Below, one piece after another: positions 37,725-50,299 of a stretch of DNA of 63,014 bases. The notes under the pieces are model-generated. The model was not told the DNA's origin, made no database searches, and worked only from the letters and a program-made list of their open reading frames with translations. Origin of the DNA: Octopus bimaculoides. Taxonomy: Eukaryota. Position 1 is the stretch's first letter. Each line of letters opens with the position of its first letter. The position numbers and the translations under genes are program-made. The stretch is from NCBI RefSeq assembly GCF_001194135.2, contig NC_068985.1, positions 23,140,130-23,203,143 of the forward strand, read 5' to 3'.

Positions 37725-38280
37725 ATCATCATCATCATAATCATCATCGTCATTTAACATCCACTTTCCATGCTAGCATGGGCTAGATGGTTTGACTGGA
37801 ACTGGTAAGCTGGAGGCCTACACTAGGTTCAGTCTGATTTGGCATGGTTCCTATGGATGGATGCCCTTCCTAATGCCAACCACTCCAAAAGCGTATGGGT
37901 GTTATTTACGTGCCACTGGCATTGGTCATGACTATGATTTCACTTGGCTTGATGAATCTTCTCAAGCACAGCCTACTGTCAAAGGTCTCAGTCACTTATC
38001 ATCACCTCAATGAGGCCCAACATTCGAAGGTCATGCTGCTGGTAACAGTCACAACTACGATTTCACAAGTGCCATTTACATGACACTGGTAATAGCCATG
38101 ACTACAATTTCACTTGGCTTGATAAGTCTTCTCAAGCACAGCATATCGCCAAAGGTCTTGGCCACTTGTCATGATCTCCATTAAGTCCAATATTCGAAGG
38201 TCATGCTACCAGTCATGGCCACGATCTCAGTCAATTGTCATCACCTCTGTGAGGCCCAACAAAGATCATGCTTCACCAGT
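37725..38280 (-). mobile_element. RTE tail plus duplicated ORF-end segments
   Basis: Two ~170-bp copies of catgact..gatttcacttggcttga...cttctcaagcacagc...cgaaggtcatgct. Confidence 0.75.
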
Positions 38281-38934
38281 ATTTATTTTCCATGATTAGG
38301 AAACAATTAAATCTGAGTTCAAATCCTACTGAGGTCAACTTTACCTTCCATCCTTTCAAGGTTGATAAAATAAAGTATCAATCAAGTAGTGGTGTTGATT
38401 CAAATAACTAAATCCCTCTTAAAATTACTGGCATTTGGCAAAAAAAATTTGAAAGAATTATTTGGGTATACAGCTTCTTTCTATTTGATAAGTAGACAAC
38501 AATGACAAATTTAAAAACTGTGGTGCAATATAGTAGTGGAACATGGAAACTTGATACAAATTAGATATGATTCATCAGATATATATTGTTAACTTAAGAG
38601 ATAGATTGGGTGCAAATAAATTAAGAATGCAGTCGGGCATCAAAAGATATCTGTTAATATATGCAGACAGAGTGGCTACACTGGTATGAAAATCTAATGT
38701 TCACACACGTACACAGATATTTATATCTGCAAAATTCAATAAAGTGACTAGCAACTGAAACATAGGCTTTCCAAATTCTGATACCAGCACAGTATTATAT
38801 TTGTGGTAAAACACTTGATTCTAATTTATAACCAAGTCTGTTTAAGTGAAAATAGGTACCTCTGAGTATTACAGGTTACCACTGTAATGAAAAGGAACGC
38901 AGTAAAATTAAGAAGTTTCCAATTGTTGTGAGTG

Positions 38935-39240
38935 AAGGCACGTGGTTTAGTGGTTATGCTATTCAGCTCATGGTTGTATGGATGTGAGTTTGATTCCTGG
39001 TGACAAGATACTTTATTTCATGTTGCTCCAGTCCACTCAGCTGGCAAAAATGAGTAGTACCTATATTTCAAAGGGTCAGCCGTGTCACATTCTGTGTCAT
39101 ACTGAATCTCCCTGAGAACTATTTTAAGAGTACACATATCTGTGGAGTGCTCAGTTGCTTGCACATTAATTTCATGAGCTGACTGTTCCATTGATTGGAT
39201 CAACTGGAACACTCATCATCATAACCAACAGAGTGCCAGT
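38935..39240 (+). mobile_element. Family D SINE
   Basis: tRNA-like head ggcacgtggtttagtggtt...gattcctgg. 3' end ttaatttcatgagc...gttccattgattggatcaact shared with 44105-44150. Confidence 0.7.
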
Positions 39241-39391
39241 CTCTGTGAAAACTTTAACTTCACTTGCTTGGAATAGGTTCAAAACAGGTATCGTACCGTT
39301 CGAATGCAAATGTTTCAAGTGGTGAACCAACCATTCAATGGTCATGGGAAGTCACCAGATACTCATAAAACAGACACAACACACATATTTA

Positions 39392-39650
39392 CCCTTTTGA
39401 TACCAATCTGCCTAAGTCTAACCTTGATTCTCTGATACAAACTCCTTGTTTTAAAGTGTTCTAAATTAAAGTCATCTATCAAAATTCTATGTTAATCTCC
39501 CAAAAAATTCTATGTTAATGTTCCAAAAAATGTATGTTCCATAAAAACAGCTTAGAAATGACAAAGTTATTTTGCAAAAATTTTTCATTTTTTTCAAAAT
39601 TAATTGTAATAAAGGCAGGGTATTTCAACAGAAACATGGTGACAAAGGGG
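39392..39650. mobile_element. piggyBac-like MITE, inverted copy
   Basis: ttta|cccttttgatacc...ggtgacaaagggg|ttga, related to 11530-11751. Confidence 0.65.
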
Positions 39651-39771
39651 TTGAAGAATTGAGAAAATTGAAAATAATACTTAAGTTATTGATAAAATGG
39701 ACTATACAAATTATCAGATCTTATGAAATATTACACACAATCATATATATATATATATATAAATATATATC

Positions 39772-39985
39772 CTTTCTACAATAATCACAAGGCCTGAAAT
39801 TTCGTGGGAGTGGGTGCAGTCGATTAGATTGACTCCAGTATGCAACTGGTACTTAATCTATCAACCCCAAAAGGATGAAAGGTAAAGTTGACCTTGGCGA
39901 AATTTGAACTCAGAACGTAGCGACGAATGAAATGCCGCTAAGCATTTCATCTAGCACACTAACTATTCTGCCAGCTTGCCACCAA
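39772..39985 (-). mobile_element. Family C SINE
   Basis: cctttctac...caaggcctgaaattt...aaaggatgaaagg...tttgaactcagaacgtag...ctgccagct. Confidence 0.8.
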
Positions 39986-39997
39986 TCATAAATATAT

Positions 39998-40442
39998 NNN
40001 NNNNNNNNNNNNNNNNNNNNNNNNNNNNNNNNNNNNNNNNNNNNNNNNNNNNNNNNNNNNNNNNNNNNNNNNNNNNNNNNNNNNNNNNNNNNNNNNNNNN
40101 NNNNNNNNNNNNNNNNNNNNNNNNNNNNNNNNNNNNNNNNNNNNNNNNNNNNNNNNNNNNNNNNNNNNNNNNNNNNNNNNNNNNNNNNNNNNNNNNNNNN
40201 NNNNNNNNNNNNNNNNNNNNNNNNNNNNNNNNNNNNNNNNNNNNNNNNNNNNNNNNNNNNNNNNNNNNNNNNNNNNNNNNNNNNNNNNNNNNNNNNNNNN
40301 NNNNNNNNNNNNNNNNNNNNNNNNNNNNNNNNNNNNNNNNNNNNNNNNNNNNNNNNNNNNNNNNNNNNNNNNNNNNNNNNNNNNNNNNNNNNNNNNNNNN
40401 NNNNNNNNNNNNNNNNNNNNNNNNNNNNNNNNNNNNNNNNNN
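39998..40442. other. Assembly gap (445 N). Other gaps at 34844-34853, 55128-55156 and 60278-60379
   Basis: Runs of N. Confidence 0.99.
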
Positions 40443-40476
<34 letters not shown>

Positions 40477-41849
40477 TATATTATATGATACACATACACA
40501 CACTGGAATTACAATTATAATTAATTTCTTGCAATGGTATAAAGCCTATTTTTGTTACAAGAGTGGAAGTGTCATTGATTAAGTCAACCTCTTTAAATCA
40601 TATTGATCACACAAAAGTTGAAAAATGTAGATCAACAGGATTTGGAACTTTGACTATTGTAAGGCATGCAATCCAGTGCTGGTTGATTTCAACTAACTCC
40701 TCACTTCAGTGAATCTCCAATGATGCTCAATAAAGTCACTGAAATGTGGGCCTTGGATCCACAGGTTACATTTCTCTCACAAGCCTTCATTCAAGTTATA
40801 TTTTCTGGATGGAAATAAGACTTTATTTTGGGAAAGTTTTAAATGCCCAAATATAAACCGAAAGGCATCAATAATTTCATCTAATCAAGAAGAAGCCCAT
40901 ATATACTTTATAGATTAAAAAATAAAAAACTACAGTTCAGCTGATTGGTTTTTGGTTGGTTGTCTCTTCAATAAATATACTGATGATATAGTCAGTTATG
41001 AGTGAAATTCAGTCCATAGGAACAGTGTTATTGCTTTCTATTTCAGTTTGTGCCCATGCACATTTACTACTCATTTAATCCCACAGAATTTTTTAAGAAG
41101 CCAAAGGAATAATTGACAGAAATGTAATCATGATGTTTTTTTTTTAGCATATATGGGTCCCTATGTGACATTTGTATAGGTGTTTCTTAAATAAAAACAT
41201 ATGAAGAACCAACTTGAAAGTTCTAAATAGAGAAACCAATCATTAATGTGTTCTAAACTCCAATCAGCTTTTAACCTTCTTTTTTTTTTTTTTTTGAGTT
41301 TTGTCATTTATGTTTATAACTGACAAGATAGAATGCTGCTGCTTTATGTCAGATAAAAGATGGTTTATTACTTATTCCTAACATCCAGTTGCACTAAAGA
41401 ATGTAGAACATGAGTGGGTAGTTCAATACCATATACAATATACCTTTTCATTCATGAAAATCTATGAAAGAATAATGGCTGTAAATTTAAGGTGAAGAAC
41501 CACTGACTGCATAAGTAGGAGTTCAAAAGCTTAATAGAGCTGTTATTTTATATCCCTGGGCAAAGCACAGAGCTCTACTTGCATCAATCTACCAGATTCC
41601 AAACATTTCTACTTCACATTTGAGTAGCTAATAATATGAAATATTTGCTTCAACACAGCAAAAGTATTCCTATCCACAGAATGAATAAATGAATGTAAAA
41701 TCATAAGAAGAAAAAAAAAAGAAAGTTTTGACTCTTTAATTTATTACACTATATAGTAACAAAAATGTAAGATAGCTACTAAATGATACAATCAGAGATT
41801 TAATACTAAAAGTGGCTATTGGAGCACTCAATAAAAGAAAACTACTTTT

Positions 41850-41885
<36 letters not shown>

Positions 41886-43849
41886 CCCATTTTTGTTCCA
41901 TTTATTTTATTTTATTTTATTTTATTTTATTTGCCCGAAGCCAAAAGAGAGCCAATACTTTGATTAGAAGTTACTGACAGTTCATTGTTTGCCTCAAGGG
42001 AGATTACATAGAGATTTTGGTAAAGAGCCAATAAATTATGATACATTATTCATATGATTATTTCCTAATGAAGATTAACATCAACTGGTACTCAAAGAGA
42101 AATAATTTTTTTTTTCTATGGTAATTAAGAACAAATGGGAAATATCTGTATATTCTTTTTCTATGTAGGTATTTTTTAAATGCATTTCTTTCTATCTTTA
42201 ATGTTCACAATTAACAAATCTGTTGTCATTTTACCCATTTTAGTAATCTTTCATACAATATTAAATAACAATATAGAATATTCTATATCTTTTTCGGTAA
42301 TTTAAAATGAAACCAAACCCAGAACATATAGTTTTCTATGTGTTTAAGACTGATTATCATTTATGTAGTGCAACAGGGATAACAAGAATGTTAAGGAGCC
42401 AACTGGATACATTAGAATATCTAATTTGATGTGTCATATTCCTAAGTTCATATCCTATCAGTATTAGTTTTACAGGCAAGATAATTTTTCATGTGTACAC
42501 TGAAAGATAAACTTTATCATCACACATCATCACTGTTACTGTCATTGTCATCACCATTTTAATAATCATCATCACTACCGTCATTTTACATGTGGTTTTT
42601 CATGCTTGCATGGGTTGGACAGGCCTTTGTCATCTTCTTCATGAGGTTCAGCCTCCTGATGTCAGATTCCACCATTTCTTTCCATGTCTTTATTGTTTTA
42701 CCTCTACTACTGATTCCTTGACATTTCTTTACCCAACTGCCATCCTTCATTTACTCTCTTACATATTAAATCAAATTTCTCTAATACTCAGTTTTTCTTT
42801 CAGGTTCTTTATACACCATCATTCATGCACTCAAATAATGGTTTCACATTTTAGTTCAAGGCCAACAGTTTTAGTGGGTGAAGGTAAGTTGATTACATTG
42901 ACTTCAATGGTCAAGTGGTACTTATTTTATTAACCCCAAACAGATGAAAGGCAAAAATCAACCTTCATGAAATTTGAAATCAGAATGTAAAAAGTCAGAA
43001 CTGCTGCTACGAATTTTGTCCAACGAGCTAACAATTCTGCCAGCTCACTACCTCAATTTATGCATGCCTGTAATACATGCCTTATGCTGTAGTATACTTG
43101 CTTCATCTCTTTCTACCCTTCATATCTTTGGTATTCACTGCCCATGTTTTAGTACCATGTGACATTACACATCATACACAAGCAGTACAAAATCTACCCA
43201 TCAATCAGTAACAGAATCCCTTTGTTGTCAGCAGAAGTAACAGCATCCTAAATTTTTTCCACCCTGTTCTTACTGTGGCTCCCATGCTTTCAAAATACTC
43301 CTCCATTATTTATTAGGTTATCTAGGTAACAGTAGCTATTAACTAATTTTAGGGTGCCTTATGAGCACATGGCCTAGTGGTTAGGGTGTTGCACTTATGA
43401 TTGCAGGATCATTGTTTCAATTCCTGGACCAGACAGGGCAGTAAAACACTTTATGAATTGCAAAACATTTCATTTCACAATGCTCCAGTACTCCCTGTGG
43501 TAAATAAGTATTACTTTGAGGGACTAGTATCCTATTCAGAGAGAATGTTGTGATCTCAGTCACTTATATGCCATGGAAATCAGTCCTTTGAATCTTAGGA
43601 CTCAAACCAGTTATGACCAAGGAGACTTACTACTACTTTACAACGAGCATTTGAAAGAATTTATTCTATGAATGCTATTACTGCTAACTACTCCTACACA
43701 TCTGCATATGAAATCTTTCTTCTCAGTCAAAAGTAGCCTTCTCTTTTTAAGAGAGAGATTTAGTTGTGTTTTTTATAACAGATTGCATGATTACATCGAG
43801 GTTTGGCTCTTCCATTGACTTAGAAATAAATCTATTTGTACATATAAGT

Positions 43850-44200
43850 GTAGGCATGGCTGTACAGTTAAATTCACTTTCTAACCCTGTAGTTTTGGGT
43901 TCAGTTCCATTCATTGTGTGACACGTTGGGAAAGTGTCTTCAACTGTAGTTGTAGGCTTACCAAAACCTTGTGAGCAGATTCAACTCATGATCATAAGGC
44001 TGAGAGTTTGATCACTGGCAACATGCTGTGTCCTTGAGCAAGACACTTTCTCCCCAAGAATTATGTTAAGGGCACACATGTCTGTAGAGTATTCAACCAC
44101 TTGCATGTTAATTTCATGAGCAGGCTGTTCCATTGATTGGATCAACTAGAACCCTCGACAGAAACTGAAAGAAGTGTATTGTATGAATGTGAGTGTGTGT
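43850..44200 (+). mobile_element. Family B SINE interrupted by a family D SINE
   Basis: The B head ends at ccttgtgagcagatt (~43980) and resumes at acagaaactgaaagaag (~44158). Confidence 0.65.
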
Positions 44201-44279
44201 GTGTATCTGCCTGTGTGTGTAAGAGTATATGTATGTGTAGTAGTGGTGTCTTGGCATCATGTAATGATTTTAAAAATTA

Positions 44280-44480
44280 GTGTCACCACCATAAAGCAGT
44301 GTCATTCGTTTCCGATCTTCTGCAGGAAACATGTCTAGCAATGAGAAAAAATTACCTTATTCAGAAATACATGAGCATTGGAAACATGAAGAGGAACCCA
44401 ACTGTAGAAAATCTACATCAAAAAGTTCCAACTGACCCATGAAGGCATAGAAAAGTGGACATTAAAACGATAATGATAAG
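44280..44480 (+). mobile_element. Fourth (GAT)-tailed retroposon tail; inverted relative at ~45020-45240 and a further copy at 59810-60020
   Basis: cagtgtcattc...aaaaattacctt...ctgtagaaaatct...gacccatg...aaaagtggacattaaaacgataatgat. Confidence 0.6.
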
Positions 44481-44958
44481 GAGTTCAAAGTTATATATGC
44501 TTGGCAGATTAAGTTGATGAAGTAGTTCAAGATCTCAATGAGGATCATTTCACTTGATGGTAGGGAGGTTATATCTAGTTTCCTTTTAATTAATAACATA
44601 AAATCAGAAACATTTCTTTATTGGTAAACAATTTAACTATTGAAAACTGCAGCAATTTTAAAGAAGAAAATTATCATTGGTGCAAGATGATTGGTAGGAA
44701 TATTCAATAGAGTTTCTTGGCCACCAAAAACAAGTTATAATATTTTAAAGATGCAAAAATACTTAGAAAAAGAAAAAAAAAAAATAATAATCTGTAAACA
44801 ACCATAAAATGTCTGATTGGCTGTTTGCAACCCAGAAGACAACAATTTTACCATTTTAGCAAAGATACAAGTCTATATCTATTGTTATGGGATTAGTAGT
44901 GATTGAAATAACATTGCCTAGAGAGTTAATTTTCTTACAGTAAAGATATAAACTATTC

Positions 44959-45007
<49 letters not shown>

Positions 45008-45319
45008 TATCCTCATCGTATTCATTATCATTTTAATGTCCACTTTTCCATGCCTGCATAGGTCAGACAGAGTATATTGAGATAGATTTTCTATAGCCAA
45101 ATGCCTATCATGTCATCAACCCTCATCTCTCTTGAAGCAAGATGATATTTCTGTTTCCCCATAGCCAGACACATGTTTTCACAGAATATAGGAAAGGCAT
45201 GACACTGCTTATATGACAGAAACATTCATCATGCAATGTTAAGACAAAGAGACACAAATACATACACACTCACTTTCGCATACATACATATTTATAAACA
45301 CACAATGGACTATATATAG

Positions 45320-45498
45320 ATTGCTAACCACTACACACATTTTTTTTCTCTCCTTGTTTCTTTGTGTTCCTTACTGTGGAAGAGCGTAGGCTCGAAATGT
45401 TAAAGACTTTTTTCAATTCCCGAGCATTATACTAATACATTTGTTTGTTTTCTACACCACCTGTCTTCGTCTGTTGTTTTTTTTGTGAATTCTCCCTG
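45320..45498 (+). mobile_element. Probable Penelope-like element terminal fragment
   Basis: gaagagcgtaggctcgaaatgttaaagac resembles the GAnGA...CGAAAC signature of PLE repeats. Recognition only. Confidence 0.45.
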
Positions 45499-45599
45499 TA
45501 TATATATAACCCATGCCAGCATGGAAGGTGGATGTTAAGTGATGATGATGATAATAATCACACACACACATACACAAACAAAGCTAGACAATGCCATAC

Positions 45600-46000
45600 A
45601 CACCAGATTCTTCAACAGTACCATCCTACCTGTACTCCTATATTCCAGTGAGACGTGGGCTACTACGAAGAGGACAGAACATCAATTGGCTACAATGCCA
45701 TGGAAAGGGCCATGAAAAGATCCATGCTAAGAATATCCCTAAGAGAGCACACATGCAAAATGAGATAATTCGAGAATGGAGCAGAGTGAACGATGTGATC
45801 ACAGAGTACCAAAAGCACTAGTTCTGCTGGTTCAAACATGTTGCAAGGTTCACAGACAACAGGTGGACTTGTGCAGTTGCTGAGTGGTATCTAAGAGATT
45901 GGAAAAGGCCAGTTGAAAGGCCTCCATGATGATGGGAAGATGATTTGGGTCAAGATGGAAAAGAATGGCATAATCAAGACAAAACTGGAAGTGCATTGTA
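45600..46000 (+). mobile_element. Second RTE subfamily RT C-terminus
   Basis: HMQNEIIREWSRVNDVITEY...WFKHVARFTDNRWTCAVAEWYLRDWKRPVERPP..WEDD. Confidence 0.8.
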
Positions 46001-46343
46001 ACCAGTGGTGTGTAACAGCATCTGATGGCTTGGTGAATACTGTGGTACTGCAATACTATGACATACATACACATGCACGTATGTCTGTGGTGTGTACATA
46101 GATATACAGGTTTGGCCAAAAGTCACCTGACGGTAAATCAATACCATTTAATTCCAAGATTTATTTATGTTTAACAACTGAATGAATTTAATAGAAGCAT
46201 CTAAATATGAAACATCATGAAAATTGTTCAAACCGAAGTCCTTCTTGAGTGACACATTTTTCTATTTCAGTCAATACAGAATTACAGATAGTATTTAGGG
46301 AATTTTGATTTGCTGTCGAGTTACTTTTGGCCAACTGCATATA

Positions 46344-46432
<89 letters not shown>

Positions 46433-47079
46433 ATATATATATATGTATTTATGTAAGTGTATACATATATATATGTATATATTCATACATACATAGGTAT
46501 GTATGCGTACATATATATATATATATCTATATATTATACATGTTTGTGTGTGTGTACACACACATGTATGTATGTATGTATGTATTGTATCAGTTCTAGA
46601 AATTATTGATTACACACACACACATGTATGTATGTATGTATGTATGTATTGTACCAGTTCTAGAAATTATTGATTAGCTTACTTCTAAAATGACCTAGAT
46701 TGAAGTAGAATAGTGTTATTACACCCCACCAGCATCTTTGAATATATTACAACAGCTAAGACAGCAAAATCGTTTTGTGACACTATTCAAGTAGTGACAA
46801 CCTTGAAAGACTACTAAAACAAACAAATAAATAAATAAATAAAATAACAGGAAGATATTCTTATCTCGAAAACCCTCAAAACAATTTTTTTTTTTTTAAT
46901 TGATCAAATTGCCAATTAAGAAGGAAAAGAAGCCATGATACTTTTCTTTTATGTAAGTGTGATAAATATATAAATGAAGCATTTTTATTAGGAATCTAAT
47001 TTGGATTTCAAACTTAGATTATCAATAACATGGTGCTGCATGTCAGAAAATGCTGTGTCATACTGGTTTGATTGGTACA

Positions 47080-47274
47080 AGGCCAGCAATTTTGGAAAAA
47101 GGGGTAAACCAATTACCTTGACCCCAGTGCTCAACTAGTACTTAATTTATTGACCTCGAAAGGATGAAGGCAAAATTGACCTCAGTGGAATTTGAACTCA
47201 GAATGTAAAGATAGACAAAATGTCAGTAAGCATTTTGCCTGACGTGCTAATGATTTTGCCAGCTCGCTGCCTTA
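47080..47274 (-). mobile_element. Family C SINE
   Basis: Same core as 13445-13662. Confidence 0.8.
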
Positions 47275-47865
47275 ATACCATGTTGTATTAACAATTGCAA
47301 ACAATAACCCAGATTAGTGTATTTGTCCAATCTGCTAGAAATAGTAGCCAAATCTCTTTCAAATCTCATCTCAACCTACGAATTTAAAAAGTAAATGATG
47401 CATTAAGTAACGTGGTTCTGGAGGTACTACATTTGAATTAGATAGGAGGGTCATGGCAGGAATCTTTTTGATTTTCATCAGTGATTGTAATCTGCTAAGC
47501 AGAGCTGGCCTGAGATTGAACAGCAACATTAAAAAGTATATTGTACTACAGTTATATTCTGAGCAATTCATTTGTATGATGCGACTTCATTTCCTGGCTT
47601 CAGTTCTTTGTTGTAGTTACGAAGATATGGTCCATACTCAGTATCATTATTAGATTTGTGCTCACACAGGAAAACTATAAATTTATAGGGAGAGTGTATA
47701 GCCAACTAAACGTTCCCAAGCATATGCCTAGTAAATATTTCTCTTGTGGGGACGGATGAATGGTAAAGTTTACCTTGGTACAGTTTGAATACAGAATATA
47801 GAACTGAAACTAAATATTGCTTGGCATTCAATTTCATACTATTATTTTTCATGTCACCACATTGA

Positions 47866-48086
47866 CTCTTTAGTATTCAGATTACTCTGTCAAATGTAAG
47901 GCTTGTTTATTTACATTGTTTTGAATTAATTATGCATTCTCTTGTAGCTTTGAGATTTCAATGATGTGATTGTTTATTTCTAGAATGACATTGTGGGGTT
48001 GATGTGAGAAGCCAGATCTGGTTTAGTTTGAACATACAACAGGTAGAATATTTTGGCCGGATATGACTGGTCTAAATGCTAAAAGG
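47866..48086. mobile_element. TTAA-type MITE (second family)
   Basis: ttga|ctcttttagtattcaga...tctaaatgctaaaagg|ttaa terminal inverted match. Confidence 0.65.
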
Positions 48087-49365
48087 TTAAACAATGGTGA
48101 TGACAGAATTGACAATGATGACGATGATGGCAATAATGATTATTACACATTTAGATTAGTTTCATTAAATGATTACTAATTAATTGGACTTCTATTAAAG
48201 GAAATATTAAATCATTCTAGTGAGAAGACCAGTATATAAAATAAGTTACTAAAATAAGTAGCCAAACATTAACATGTACAATCTTTTAAGACAATTAATA
48301 TAAAAATAAAAGCACTGACGGGAGGTAGAAAAGGTCAAGCAATAGTTGTTACAGTGCAACAATAGTATAAAATGACATATATTTCCATAGTAAACTGCAG
48401 AAACAGAGAAGAAAAGGAGAAACTAAAAAGAAAAACATTTAAACAAAAAGTATTAAGTTAATTGAGCAGTTTGATATTGCTGTAGGTGGACTTAACATGT
48501 TATGACATAGTTTGCTAACAAACAAGAGGCAAATTAAGTTCGGAGTTAAAGGTATAGTAATTAGACAGGCTAGTCATCAAGGTGGTAACTATTTATTTGC
48601 AAGATAATTCTAGGATTGTAATAGACGAAAAAAAGATACATAAACATTTGCTGTTGGATAAAAAAAAAAAAAAGAATAGAATAAAATATATATGTATCTA
48701 AGGAGAGTGAGCAACGAAAAGAGAAATGATATAAACATAGACAAAACCAAATACACTGAATTTCTATCCAGAATGAAGGAACAAGACATATTTTCTTCCA
48801 TTACTCTGGTGGTAGAGCGTAGCTAAATGATAATATCTTCTAAGTTTCTCTGTACTTTATAGAAATTTACATCCTAGAAAATCAAAAATAGTACAAAAGA
48901 TAACTGTAGCTTCTAGACGTAATTTACCATATTTTTCTTCTTTTTCCATTCTAAGGAATATAATCTGAAAGCTTTCATCTTTTCCCTATAGTTTAGCTTC
49001 AAATATAACTTTAGTAGGGAACTTAGTAGAAGTACAATTTACCAGCCATGGATGGAAAATATAATCCAAATGACTGACAAGTATCTCCCACAAAACCAGC
49101 ATGACCTCTTATGTTCTTTTTCTAAATGTTTCCATGATCTGTCCTTCCAGCTGTCAGTATGTCTTGCCCACTTTTGTGAGACATACATGGAATGGTGTAT
49201 CATTACTAATTACAATTCCCAGTTTGGGATTGCACTCTCTCCTGCTGACACGGTTGTGTGAGTAAGAAGCTCAGTCCCTTATCATTCCCACTGTATGGCA
49301 CCTTAGACAAGTGTTATGTGTTATAGTTTCAAGCTAACTAATGCTGTATTAGCAAAATTTGGTAG

Positions 49366-49465
<100 letters not shown>

Positions 49466-49769
49466 CATCTCTATATACCTTCACATTGGCATAGCTTCAG
49501 CAATGGTGAAGTTACTTGTACCCCACATGAACAATATGCCCTGCAGCTCATTCAGTCATGTACAGACATGGAAGCAAGTATGAGGTGACATCAGGAACGG
49601 ACATCAGACTGTAGAATACTGGACGGAAAAAAGTGTGACTTATTATTAGACTGGGGGTTACGGTCATCTCATACACAGCACTATGGTCACAAGCATGCTG
49701 GCAGAACTGGTATGCATATTGTTTCAAAAGTTTGGTTTCTTTTTGGACAAACTTCACATGTCTGTCTTC

Positions 49770-50230
49770 CATGCTGTCATGGGTTGGACTGTTAAACAGG
49801 ATTCAATGAGCCAGTGAACTGCATTGAGCTCCAGTGTCTTCTTTGACTTGGTTTCTATGGCTGGATGCTTTTCCTAATGCCAACTACTTTACAGAAGGAA
49901 CAGCATGTCTTTTTTTTGTGGCACCAGCACTAGTAAGGCCAACAAATGAAATCACCAGACGAAAAGACCCCCTTGACTGTTTGGGGTATGTAGTAGAGGA
50001 GGAAGTGGCTTTATACCAAGTGTTGAGAAGTTAAAGTATTATTAAAGTGATAGTAACAGGTACCTTGCCATAAAAAAAATGCATGGCTACCCTGTATTAT
50101 ATATGCATGGGTGGGAGTAGCTGGAAAGAGCAATAAAGATAGTGATGAGTTATCAGAGCATACCTTCAAGATACAAGGAGGTGAGTATAAGAGAATAGGG
50201 GGGAAGAGGATTAGAAACAGTAACTGAATA
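49770..50230 (-). mobile_element. RTE-tailed element with pyrimidine-rich body
   Basis: Tail motif ggctggatgcttttcctaatgccaac. Body homologous to 14600-14680. Confidence 0.55.
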
Positions 50231-50252
50231 ATGTATTAGTGTATGGATATAT

Positions 50253-50299
<47 letters not shown>

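Noticed and set aside
38935-39010. tRNA genes at SINE heads (also 25590-25650, 43365-43430, 58572-58640)
   Set aside because: A/B-box-like motifs continue into SINE bodies, and no complete cloverleaf can be formed.
46560-46680. ~60-bp tandem duplication
   Set aside because: Embedded in (TATG)n/(CA)n microsatellites, so slippage or assembly is sufficient explanation.
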